A stretch of DNA of 64,000 nt, taken from the NCBI GenBank assembly GCA_965203315.1, contig OZ241857.1:1312001-1376000 (forward strand), written 5' to 3'. The number at the start of each line of letters is the position of its first letter. Position 1 is the first letter of the stretch. A program made the position numbers and the translations under genes. Source of the stretch: Nitrosopumilus sp. (GTDB lineage: Archaea > Thermoproteota > Nitrososphaeria > Nitrososphaerales > Nitrosopumilaceae). A model generated the notes under the pieces. That model was not told the origin of the DNA, ran no database searches, and worked only from the letters and a program-made list of their open reading frames with translations. Below, piece by piece: positions 19,301 to 28,339 of this stretch.

Positions 19301-21151
19301 TATACGTCAGAGATATCTTCTCTCATCGGTACCCATCTTGCAGGCGATTGGGTCTTGTCAGTCGGTGATTATGCAGGTAGCGATGTAGGACGAATAAATT
19401 CGTGGTCTATAAGTACAGAGTCTGCTTTCACAGATGCTCCTGTTACGTCGCCAACCGTCCCATCTACGCCTAGACCCACAAACACAACAATATTCTCTGA
19501 CAACTTTGAGTTATCCCTCTCTGACAAGTGGACCGAATCTGGCGAGAGTGATTGGAGAATTACAACACCCAGCGCTCACTATGTTCCAAATGTACCTGGT
19601 TCATCTCCAACAAACAAGATATTACATGCCGACAATTGTGATACTGGTTGTACATTAACACTAACCAATTCAATAGACCTATCTGGATACACCTCAGCAA
19701 CACTCTCTTTTTGGCGATTTGTTGATTCGTCTCTAGATGATGATGAATATCTCAAAGTTGAACTGTACAACGGCAGAACATGGAATACGATATATCATTG
19801 GTCAGATAACTTGGATAATGATGATGGTCGATGGAATTTAGAGTCATACAATTTACAATCGTATCTGGTATCAAACTTTAAGATGAGACTGGTAACTCAA
19901 CAGAGTTCTACCACTGAAGACGTACAGATAGACGATATCAAGATAACTAGTGGTTCTACAACCACATCTAGACCGACTGTACCATCTACAACTCAATACT
20001 CGATATATGTGGCAGATACAGACGATGACGAGATTGCCGTATTCTCTTCTGCCGGTACATTTGTTGGCAATATCATTCCTCGAGGATCAGGGGATCTAGA
20101 TTATCCAACCGATCTAGTATTTGACACAAATGGAAACATCTATGTCTCTGATTTCATAAACAACAAGATTCGCAAGTATTCCAGTACTGGATCAGTACTA
20201 GACAAAACCTGGGCTACAACTGTAGGATCTCCGCACGGGATGACATGGAATGGAGACACACTATACGTTGCAACGGCACGTGGTGTGGAGCGATTTTCAC
20301 TGTCTGGTTCTTCTCTAGGATTATTTGGTGATGCTGTTCAAGGAACTAACCCATCACATACGAATAAACTATCCACACCGAGCGATGTAATATTCTGCAA
20401 CAACAAAATGTATGTTGCAGATAGTGGTTGGGGTAAAATATTCTACTATTCTACTTCTGGTTCTCTGTTAGGTACAATCTCACCGGGTACAAATAATCCA
20501 AACACCCAACATTCTAGGGGACTAGAGTGTGGTCCAGCAATAATCGGTAGTGGCACTAGTCTATATCAGAGTGGTGGTGATGCTGGAAGAGTAAATGAGA
20601 TAAACTATCGTACAAATTCCTTGATACGCGAGTTTACATCAGATGTTGATGAGCCACATCGTATGGATATGGATAGTCTAGGTAATCTCTATGTCGCAAA
20701 CAAGGACGATGATAATATAATAATGATCAACCAAACAGGTGTAACAGAGGTTGCAGATTATAGACTTGATGATCCACGCGGTGTACAGATAGGGCCTGTA
20801 TACAGATCAATATCCGGTTCTTCTGGACAGGACATACCCGATAATGATCAACCCGAGTTTGACGTATTATTGCAAAACGGTACACGTGCTAGTACACCAC
20901 TGTTCATGACATCAAACAGCTCTATCACATTATACGTGAACGCAACTGACCCACAAGACGATCCAATTACAATTGGTATCATACCTGAACTTATACCAGA
21001 ATCTAGTTTATTATTCATAGATAACAAGAATGGCACAGCTAGTGTTACTATAGACACCATAGATTTGGATGCTGGTAACTATCTGTTCTGGATTAAAGTA
21101 TCTGATGATACAGAGTTTGATCAGTCGCCATTTCTAGTGAGTGTTCAATGA
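16382..21151 (+). CDS. Secreted multidomain S8 (subtilisin-like) serine protease
   Basis: Signal peptide; catalytic VVDTG, HGTRVA, SAGN, GTSYATP; then Ig/cadherin-like domain, proprotein-convertase P-domain (ITHTFIGDL...GDW.L.V.D), S/T/P linkers, beta-sandwich, NHL-type propeller (YVAD/YVSD repeats), C-terminal cadherin-like domain. Confidence 0.93.
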   Translation: MLYKKNHTLVLVLALFVIVPSIVFAQNTDNLESSVVPDIEPTDNTIGPVANVGVEYKFDDGFYQKIQDLSKETPQEGDPGVYDGTRYYSVILVVNRDDGDDRTGDETAKENKGALVKRLELLGARDILAAESLSFVTASIPVGEVPGFSLHDEVFQLGDGELPIFPAVDIARRTINAMPEDLSRINNQNLTGSGIVVAVVDTGINSIYLNDKVRERIYCPDRTCWAENGLIMGQSTLELGLLNTTDSTHGTRVAQVLAASGMSNHNGIAPGVTLLDAMYGSQSLIGNVVFHNPDSTFYVHAIDWAYKQGANISNLSAGYDICDNFFDIVSYNLIVNEAVDKGMIVVKSAGNRGFNNTAQTASYNSITNPGCANNVITVGGIDDRSSSEKEMYTNSSRGPSTDNTPVLKPEIVAPAYMIQTLNNTLNDDAGPRSGTSYATPQVSAAAALMLEAEPSLTPIEAKALLLLGANWQGPIPCTSTQYERNNPTNDCSFARQPADPDTANNADSLSILNNVGFGILDVGQSVVYSSRALSHVMSDHLDPLGITSKGYTFTVTNTSEPVKIILTWLVHPHGGILEQDNRNTAAPVADLNFTVRCNGGQTISATSSHQTNEFVVFRPSQTGTCTITVTGSGLDTINKPVQNYALASTRPLTTVLPSNNLPSATSDSFIVSPGMPSTVYFTGRDANGDSISFSVTRDPTQGIITTDEFITKTHSRAMYTPYDNFTGRDTFQITPSDGVNQRGIPATITLIEETLPPNSQKATTRSDNVRDWDTSIFSSNTPLTTSSKTFTGPTYPVSAIHIGSVNVEGGLATFTTSDGNTYRAVVPPSGARMIEFPSSIMIRTMELASEWIDEESIHNTTKNIPTDIRIFAGYVPSSCVSLSGSSGANSCPAHTTHLFSSSPNLAIPDNADNQDTTDTIRISENGTIRKITVSLDITHTFIGDLKVILTPPSGKPITLHDRTGGNQDDLKRSYTSEISSLIGTHLAGDWVLSVGDYAGSDVGRINSWSISTESAFTDAPVTSPTVPSTPRPTNTTIFSDNFELSLSDKWTESGESDWRITTPSAHYVPNVPGSSPTNKILHADNCDTGCTLTLTNSIDLSGYTSATLSFWRFVDSSLDDDEYLKVELYNGRTWNTIYHWSDNLDNDDGRWNLESYNLQSYLVSNFKMRLVTQQSSTTEDVQIDDIKITSGSTTTSRPTVPSTTQYSIYVADTDDDEIAVFSSAGTFVGNIIPRGSGDLDYPTDLVFDTNGNIYVSDFINNKIRKYSSTGSVLDKTWATTVGSPHGMTWNGDTLYVATARGVERFSLSGSSLGLFGDAVQGTNPSHTNKLSTPSDVIFCNNKMYVADSGWGKIFYYSTSGSLLGTISPGTNNPNTQHSRGLECGPAIIGSGTSLYQSGGDAGRVNEINYRTNSLIREFTSDVDEPHRMDMDSLGNLYVANKDDDNIIMINQTGVTEVADYRLDDPRGVQIGPVYRSISGSSGQDIPDNDQPEFDVLLQNGTRASTPLFMTSNSSITLYVNATDPQDDPITIGIIPELIPESSLLFIDNKNGTASVTIDTIDLDAGNYLFWIKVSDDTEFDQSPFLVSVQ

Positions 21152-22488
21152 ACAGACTGATTATAATAGCATCCATCATAATCGGTGTATCATCTCTTGT
21201 GGGCATATTGTACGTTACAAACCCCGATATGTGGATACAGATTATAGATCGATCAAACTATGAGCCCAAAGATATTGTATCCATAAACAACGAGTTTGCC
21301 ATAAACTTTTACAAAACCATCTATGACGATCCCAAATACCAAGACAAAAACATCCTTTTCTCGCCGACTAGCTTGATTACGGCATTTTCTATACTGTATG
21401 AGGGGGTAGATGGCGATGCTGCAAAACAGATAGAAAAGGTATTTGGATTTAATCCAGATGCTCAAACTAGACACGAATCGCTAAAAAAGTTATGGTCAAT
21501 TGTAAACAACGACACGAAGCATATGGGAGTTGTCTCTTATAAAGAGTGTTGTGATAAGGACAAACATGGATATTATCATACTAACACAATACAAGTTCAT
21601 GAGAAATGGACAGACATCAATATAATCAACAGTATGTGGATTACAAGGAATGGCAGTTTCACTGATAAATACATCAACAAAATTCAAAACACATTCAAAA
21701 ATCAGGTGAAAATAATTGAGCATTTTAATCACAAAGACATAGATGAAATGAATGAATGGATCAGTACAAACACAAGAGAAAAAATAACGGATGTTTTTTC
21801 ATTGGGCGACTTTAAAAATTCATCTTCGTTACTAGCGAGTAATGCGTATTTTAAATCAGCTTGGGAGTTGCAATTTGAACCACGTTATTTAGAAAAAACT
21901 GTTTTTTGGGCGAGCAGCAAAGAAGTAATAGCAGAAGGGATGATACAGCCTGCATGGAGTGGTTACAAATATGCATATTATGATAACGTACAAGTATTAA
22001 ACATACCATACAAGCAAAAACATCTCTCGATGACAATAATACTACCAAATGATCGAAACGGCATAAAAGAGATAGAAGAGATAATATCTGTAAAGCAAAT
22101 TGAGGAATGGCAAAGTAGTTTAGAACAGACATTCCTGTACGTAGAAGTACCAAAATTCGAGATAAATTATAACTATGATTTCTCTGAGATATTTGAGCAA
22201 TTGGAAATAAAAGATGTATTTAGATCAAAGAATAACCTTCCGGATACAGCAATTCCAGATTCAATTGAAAAAGCATACATCGACAAGTTGTATCATCCAG
22301 TGTATTTCTTATTTGATCAGATGGGTACAGATACAAGATATAGACAACCTACAGTAATATTAGATGATATAGCGTATATGCCAAATCTATACTTTTATGC
22401 TAAACATCCATTCATATTCTTTGTACAAGATAATGACACTGGGCTGATACTATTCATGGGCAAGATAGTCGATCCAACTTTGGACTGA
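21148..22488 (+). CDS. Serpin-family protein with N-terminal membrane anchor
   Basis: NILFSP.S, N.W....T...I, N.YFK..W...F, LSM.I.LP, PKF, HPF.F......LILFMGKI.DP; ATGA overlap with protease stop. Confidence 0.93.
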   Translation: MNRLIIIASIIIGVSSLVGILYVTNPDMWIQIIDRSNYEPKDIVSINNEFAINFYKTIYDDPKYQDKNILFSPTSLITAFSILYEGVDGDAAKQIEKVFGFNPDAQTRHESLKKLWSIVNNDTKHMGVVSYKECCDKDKHGYYHTNTIQVHEKWTDINIINSMWITRNGSFTDKYINKIQNTFKNQVKIIEHFNHKDIDEMNEWISTNTREKITDVFSLGDFKNSSSLLASNAYFKSAWELQFEPRYLEKTVFWASSKEVIAEGMIQPAWSGYKYAYYDNVQVLNIPYKQKHLSMTIILPNDRNGIKEIEEIISVKQIEEWQSSLEQTFLYVEVPKFEINYNYDFSEIFEQLEIKDVFRSKNNLPDTAIPDSIEKAYIDKLYHPVYFLFDQMGTDTRYRQPTVILDDIAYMPNLYFYAKHPFIFFVQDNDTGLILFMGKIVDPTLD

Positions 22489-22563
22489 TCTAACAACCAG
22501 TCATTTGTATTGTATGAAAGAGGGTTTTAACTTATCGGTGGGTAGTAAATTGACAAATTAGAC

Positions 22564-23665
22564 TGTGGGATCCGGAAAGTAGTTCGCCCCTCGTTTGATG
22601 TGGTATTCTTTTACGAGTCATCGATTTCTACTCCTTTTGGTGGTTGTTTGTTGATAAACGCTTTGTATGGTGCCTCTCTGACGTCAATATTGAGAGACGT
22701 GTGAATGCGTTCATAGTTGTACCATTTCATTGTATTTACTACAAACATGTCTACCGGATCACTTGTTCGTTGCATGTATCCTGCAAATACCGGATATTTG
22801 TGTTCTACCTCCCCAAACAGTCGTTCTACTTTGCCGTTGATCTGTGGATGATTTACGCGTCAGAGAATGTGCTGTATTCCTAGTTCTGCTAATCTCGCCT
22901 CAAACTTGGATATTCCTTTCTTCTTGTTTTCAGCTGCATTGGCGTAAAACTGCGTTCCATGATCTGTAAGAATTGCTTTTGGTTTTCCATAATTTTTGAT
23001 GGCCTCATCCAACACTGCAAGCGCATTCTCTGCTGCTGCGTGGTCAAATGTATCACATCCGACCACAAATCTAGACGCAACGTCCAGATAAGCGATTAAC
23101 CATCTACCATCAGGCAGTTGTTTCCAGTCTACATGCCATAGAGTTGGAATGTTTACGCTCATATCGCACAAATTTGCGTTGATGTTTGCGTTGTTTTTTG
23201 GTTAGACTCTCATCTCGTAGGATCTTTTGTATCATGTATCGTGGAACGCTTATTCCAAGATACTCTACTAGATCACGTTTGAGATTTGCAGCTCCTTGAC
23301 CTGTTAAAGCACGTAGCGTCATTACTGTAGAGTGTTCTAGCCTACCTACTAGACTCTTCTTGGGCCTACTCATGGGTTTTGGGTATACCATCTGATTTGG
23401 TTCTACATTCTTGTATCTGGCAAACAATTTTTGAATCCAACGAACCGATATGCCCATCTGTTCTGCAATTATTGCATTCTTGGTTCCTTTGCTCTTTTCT
23501 CGTACAATGTATTGTACTTTTTGTTGATCTAATTTACTCACTCTTCGAATTCGCTTCTTGCATACATATTTCCACCTCTCATCATAACTACGTACATGCT
23601 TTCGACGGGGCTTGGAACCTGCACCTACACTCTTGATTGAGGGGTGAACTACTTTCCGGATCTTA
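22564..23665 (-). pseudogene. IS481-family element with frameshifted/nonsense transposase
   Basis: ORFs 23110..23541 and 22860..23171 join across a 2-bp deletion, then an in-frame TGA; IRs GATCCGGAAAGTAGTTCGCCCCTC (22569-22592) and GAGGGGTGAACTACTTTCCGGATC (23639-23662), 23/24 match. Confidence 0.9.
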
Positions 23666-23718
23666 GACTAATTCTAGTTCACAAGGATTAAGTAGTAGAA
23701 AATTTGCCAAATATTGAT

Positions 23719-24468
23719 TTGAGTTTTGGAGCAAAGACAAATGGGTCTGACGACCTAAAGGCGATAATATCTGCAATATCAACTCTAGTAGATGAGGCAA
23801 CTTTTGTTGCTACATCTGAAGGAATAACATTTCGTGGGATGGATCCATCACATGTTGCTTTGATCGATATCTCTTGGCCCAACTCTGCATTTGAAGCGTA
23901 CGAGTGTGATGGTGACATCAAGTTTGGAGTACGAATAGACGAGTTTTCAAAACTGATCAAACGAGCAGACAAGAACGATAGCATTCAGATAAACATCTCT
24001 GATGATAACATGTTATTGGTGACTATTGGCAAGAACAAGAAATACAAGATGCGACTGATCGAGAGTACTGCAACTGATACTCCATTACCCAAGATTCCAT
24101 ACGACTCTAAGATTAGTGTACAACTAGCCAAATTTGACAAGATTATTGGTGATGTCCAAGTAGTATCTGAGTTTTTAACGATTCAGACATCTGGTACAAA
24201 TGCAGTATTCGCTGGCAAAGGCGATAGTGGTGAGGTAAACATCACATTCGAAAAGGACGAGGAAGACGAAGATGAAGAGGTCACCACAAAGGAAGACAGT
24301 TCTGGAACCTACGACCTAGAGTACCTCAACTCCGTCGTCAAGGCAGTACGTAACGCCGCAGGCGTAATCACATGTGAGTTTTCGAGCGCCAAACCTCTTA
24401 GAATAGAGTTCAAGATATCAAATATCGGTAGAATTCACTTTTATCTTGCTCCACGTGTGGAAAACTAA
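23719..24468 (+). CDS. pcn: DNA polymerase sliding clamp PCNA
   Basis: MDPSHVAL, KPLRIEF, FYLAPR; probable TTG start at 23719. Confidence 0.97.
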   Translation: MSFGAKTNGSDDLKAIISAISTLVDEATFVATSEGITFRGMDPSHVALIDISWPNSAFEAYECDGDIKFGVRIDEFSKLIKRADKNDSIQINISDDNMLLVTIGKNKKYKMRLIESTATDTPLPKIPYDSKISVQLAKFDKIIGDVQVVSEFLTIQTSGTNAVFAGKGDSGEVNITFEKDEEDEDEEVTTKEDSSGTYDLEYLNSVVKAVRNAAGVITCEFSSAKPLRIEFKISNIGRIHFYLAPRVEN

Positions 24469-24508
24469 AAAGCATTTTTAAAGTATTGACTAGGTTAGAT
24501 AATTTGAA

Positions 24509-25897
24509 TTGAAACTAGTAATCAAGTATGGAGGTAGCTCTATAGCATCTGCTGCTAGCATTCAAAACTGTGCAAAATATATTGCCTCACTATCTGAGAA
24601 CCAGCTCATTGTTGTATGTTCGGCCACGGATGGAACAACCGATGAGCTTATCGAGATATCAAAATCAATAAAGAAAGAGAATAAAAAGAGAGCAGAGCAA
24701 TTCGTAGCAAAACTAATTCGCCATCACAAACAACTAGCCACCAAAACCATCAAGAAAGATACAGTACGTAAACGACTCTTGACTAATCTTGAGAGAGACT
24801 TTGTAGAACTCTCTAATCTGATCGACGGAATGGTTCTACTTGGTGAAGTGACTCAACGAACCATGGACTATCTGCTATCGTTTGGTGAGAGGTTATCAAT
24901 AAAGATCGTCTCAGCCGCACTCGAGGATGCACGCAAACGATCTATTCCCCTAACAGGCAAAGAGATCGGAATAGTAACTGACTCGAACTTTGGAGAGTCA
25001 AGACCTCTATTAGATACAACCAAACTTCGAGTCTCTAAGACCATCGATGAACTATTTGAAAAGGGAGTAATTCCTGTTGTGGGTGGATTCTCTGGTGCAG
25101 ATCAACACGGTCATGTTACAACATTTGGACGTGGCGGTTCAGACTATACCGCAACAATAATTGGCTCATCTATTGCAGCAGATGAGATCTGGTTATTGAG
25201 TGACGTGGATGGCTTGATGACTGCAGATCCAGCGATTGTGAGAGACGCAAAGTTGATCAATGAAGTATCATATACCGAAGCAGTAGAGATGGCGCTGTTT
25301 GGCGCAAAACAGATCCATCCACGTACATTTGAGCCACTATTATCAAAGAAGATTCCGATGCGCATTCGTAGTTCATTCAACCACGAAAATCAAGGGACAC
25401 TGATATCCATGTCACCATCTATATCCACAAAGGATACCATAAAATGCGTAAGTAACATACGAAACAATGGCCTCATCGATATACGTGGTGGTAGTATGGT
25501 GGGAACACCAGGTACCGCAGCTAGAATATTCGCAACATTAGCAAAGGCTGGCGTAAACGTTATGATGATCTCACAGAATCCATCCGAGTCTAGTATTACA
25601 ATTGTAGTTAAAAATGCCGATCTAGACAAAGCAGTCAACGCACTTGAACTCGAACTACTCGGCAGCATAATCAAAAAACTAGAGATTACCACCAATGTTG
25701 CAATAATCGCATTAATTGGTTCTGGTATGCGTGGAACAGTTGGTGTCGCCTCTAAAGTCTTTAACGCAATTGAACAACACAACATAAACGTCTCAATGAT
25801 AACTCAAGGATCATCAGAACTGAATCTAGCATTTGTAGTCAAAGATAGTGATGCACTGACTGCTGTTCGCGCACTACATACTACATTTGAACTATAA
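24509..25897 (+). CDS. lysC: Aspartate kinase
   Basis: KYGGSS, GERLS, TFGRGGSDYTA, DVDG.MTADP, two ACT domains. Confidence 0.95.
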   Translation: MKLVIKYGGSSIASAASIQNCAKYIASLSENQLIVVCSATDGTTDELIEISKSIKKENKKRAEQFVAKLIRHHKQLATKTIKKDTVRKRLLTNLERDFVELSNLIDGMVLLGEVTQRTMDYLLSFGERLSIKIVSAALEDARKRSIPLTGKEIGIVTDSNFGESRPLLDTTKLRVSKTIDELFEKGVIPVVGGFSGADQHGHVTTFGRGGSDYTATIIGSSIAADEIWLLSDVDGLMTADPAIVRDAKLINEVSYTEAVEMALFGAKQIHPRTFEPLLSKKIPMRIRSSFNHENQGTLISMSPSISTKDTIKCVSNIRNNGLIDIRGGSMVGTPGTAARIFATLAKAGVNVMMISQNPSESSITIVVKNADLDKAVNALELELLGSIIKKLEITTNVAIIALIGSGMRGTVGVASKVFNAIEQHNINVSMITQGSSELNLAFVVKDSDALTAVRALHTTFEL

Positions 25898-26081
25898 ATC
25901 TGCATAAACCAAATGATGATCTCTGGGGGGATTGATCTTGTACCACAAGTCTATTAGAAATATGATTATAAAGTGTACACTTTAGGATCATAAAATTCAG
26001 TCTGGTGTCATATGACATATCTAAAACCGACTGTACAAATTAAGCAAAATCATTTATGGGAATATATGCGATGCAATCTAG

Positions 26082-27515
26082 ATGAATAGACTATTTATCA
26101 TATTGATCTTTGGCATCATCATATCTGGGACTCTATCTGTTTCAACAGCTGATCAAATTAGTGATTCTACAAAATTTCATTTCACTCAAACTATCTCATC
26201 CTCACAAGATCTAGGACAGGGATACGAAGAGTATCAGATGGCACTAGTGTTGTCCCCAAATACGACAACCATCTACGACGGCTCTATGACATTTATCTCA
26301 AACAGTCCTGTAACTCCTATCGTATTCCACGAGATAGCAAGCGATGAAATTATAGATCAATCGGTTTGGACTGTTGACGGTAAATCATTCTTTGTTATAT
26401 CAGAGCTTGGTGCACCCAAGACTTCGGCTAGTTTCGAGTTTACTGGAGCTGCATTGGGTCTACGAGCCGAATCAGAATTTTCTGCAACATTAAGTACCAG
26501 TGGATCGATTCATGGTCAACCGGTCGATCTTGTTATACCGCGATTAGATGATAAAGAGATATCGTTACATTTGTCTAGAACCAACATTCCTGTCACGATC
26601 CCAATGCACAAAGGACTGTACAATGGTAGCAACATGTCTTTTATTATTACAGACAGTAGTGATGCCGAGTATGCTAAAATAATCTCTGAGATAAAAGATT
26701 GGCAAGTACAACATGCACCACCATTGAGAGACGCTCCTAACAGCACACTACAAAAACTCTTTGTCTTTAAAAATGGAATCAAAGGGAGTGGTCTATTTGG
26801 TTATCAACCTAATATTCTCTCGTCTATACCATCGGCGTCAAACTATAGTGCCCTCGTATCTGTGATTGAAGTATCTTGGAAGACTGGCCAACGTCCTATG
26901 AAACTTGATACCATATCTAGTATTATGACTACAGCTGATAGTAATCGGATCAAACTCAATGATACTGGTATAGTGCTCAATGCACCTCAAATAACTTGGC
27001 CTGGCGGTCAAATGATGGTTCGCTCTAATGATACAATAACTGATGAAACAGCATATAGTGGCCAGATAGTCGAAATAAATCATGTTGCTATGAACGTTAC
27101 GTTTGTTGCTCATCGAGGATGGGGACCTGATGGTCGAACTGTATACTGCATAGTAACTGATGCCACACCAAAAGGACCTGCAGAGACGATGGGTACTATT
27201 GTATCGCCGACATCTGTAAATTTGATCGCGAGTCCGGTAGCAGCTGATCTATTCCAGTTCAAAAACGGTATCATTGGATCTGGTCCATTAGGATTTCAAC
27301 CATCTATTGCATCTGCAGCGCCTGGTGATGAAGATTATACTCCTATGTGGCGTGTCTACCTAGTGGAATGGAAGGATCCAAAGACTGCCAAAGTCTTAGA
27401 GACGACAACAGACATTGATCACTTTAGATCATCAGAGATGTTGTCAGTTAGTATTGCCAGACCTACAAATCTCAGCTATATTCTCAACTGTCCAATCATT
27501 GATCCATTCCAATAA
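26082..27515 (+). CDS. Secreted hypothetical protein with two internal repeat domains
   Basis: Signal peptide; repeated F.NGI.GSG..G.QP.I.S..P...YS/YTP motif. Confidence 0.7.
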   Translation: MNRLFIILIFGIIISGTLSVSTADQISDSTKFHFTQTISSSQDLGQGYEEYQMALVLSPNTTTIYDGSMTFISNSPVTPIVFHEIASDEIIDQSVWTVDGKSFFVISELGAPKTSASFEFTGAALGLRAESEFSATLSTSGSIHGQPVDLVIPRLDDKEISLHLSRTNIPVTIPMHKGLYNGSNMSFIITDSSDAEYAKIISEIKDWQVQHAPPLRDAPNSTLQKLFVFKNGIKGSGLFGYQPNILSSIPSASNYSALVSVIEVSWKTGQRPMKLDTISSIMTTADSNRIKLNDTGIVLNAPQITWPGGQMMVRSNDTITDETAYSGQIVEINHVAMNVTFVAHRGWGPDGRTVYCIVTDATPKGPAETMGTIVSPTSVNLIASPVAADLFQFKNGIIGSGPLGFQPSIASAAPGDEDYTPMWRVYLVEWKDPKTAKVLETTTDIDHFRSSEMLSVSIARPTNLSYILNCPIIDPFQ

Positions 27516-27569
27516 CTCGATCATATTCTAATAAACGGATAAATTACTCAATCAGAGATTTACATCAAA

Positions 27570-28337
27570 TTGACCGGTAAACTCTACATCGTTGGTGTCG
27601 GTCCTGGCAGTCATGATCATATGACCTTTCGTGCCAAGGAGGTTATTGCAGAGAGCGATACAATAGTCGGATACGAGACGTATGTTAATCTTGTCCAAGA
27701 CCTGATCGAGGGCAAGACCGTATATCGATATGCAATGACTCAAGAGGTGGAACGAGCGCAACAATGCATAGATCTTGCCAACTCTGGCAAGATAGTCTCT
27801 CTAGTATCTAGTGGTGACCCTGGCATATACGGAATGGCCGGACTGATATATGAGACCTTGGCTGCGGGCAACTGGGATCCAAAAGAGGGACTGACAGTTG
27901 AGATAGTTCCAGGAGTCTCTGCACTCAACTCTTGTGCATCAATCATAGGTTCGCCTCTAATGACCGACTTTGCAGTAGTCAGCATGAGTGATCTACTAGT
28001 TCCATGGGATATCATCGAGCAACGAGTCGAGGCTGCTGCAAAGGGTGATTTTGTAATTGTAGTATACAATCCAGCAAGTAAGAAACGAATTCACCAACTA
28101 AAAGATACACGAACAATACTCCTCAAGTATCGCAAGCCCACGACTCCAGTTGCGATAGTAAAGGGTGCATTTCGTTCATCACAGACTATTGTTCTTACAA
28201 CTCTTGAAGAACTGCCCAACCACTCAGACAAACTCGGTATGATCAGTACGGTCATAATTGGAAACTCTTCTACATATACATACAAAGATCTAATGATCAA
28301 TCCACGTGGATACAAATCAAAGTACAACTTGCAATAG
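27570..28337 (+). CDS. cobJ: Precorrin-3B C17-methyltransferase
   Basis: VGVGPG, SSGDPGIYGMA, PGVSA, DF...S.SDLL.PW, YNP.S..R, PRGY. Confidence 0.95.
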   Translation: MTGKLYIVGVGPGSHDHMTFRAKEVIAESDTIVGYETYVNLVQDLIEGKTVYRYAMTQEVERAQQCIDLANSGKIVSLVSSGDPGIYGMAGLIYETLAAGNWDPKEGLTVEIVPGVSALNSCASIIGSPLMTDFAVVSMSDLLVPWDIIEQRVEAAAKGDFVIVVYNPASKKRIHQLKDTRTILLKYRKPTTPVAIVKGAFRSSQTIVLTTLEELPNHSDKLGMISTVIIGNSSTYTYKDLMINPRGYKSKYNLQ

Positions 28338-28339
28338 AC

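Larger units (their letters stand above)
13332..23665. mobile_element. Putative IS481-bounded composite transposon / island carrying subtilase + serpin
   Basis: Outer ends are IRs of two co-oriented related IS481 relics; flanked by GACTAATTCTGGTT (13318-13331) and GACTAATTCTAGTT (23666-23679); separates tfs from PCNA. Confidence 0.7.

Noticed and set aside
22860-23541. Programmed frameshift or stop read-through in the split IS481 transposase
   Set aside because: Comparison with intact copies shows a 2-bp deletion at the M-W codons with no slippery sequence, plus further stops downstream; this is decay.
22558-23668. TTAGAC as a 6-bp TSD of the right-hand IS481 relic alone
   Set aside because: Possible, but it requires loss of the terminal 5 bp. 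The 13/14 repeat shared with the far-left end is longer and fits the TSD size of related elements. Kept only as an alternative.
25913-25960. C/D-box sRNA candidate (ATGATGA followed by TCTCTGGGGGGA-TTGA)
   Set aside because: No terminal CTGA D box at suitable spacing and no target identified.
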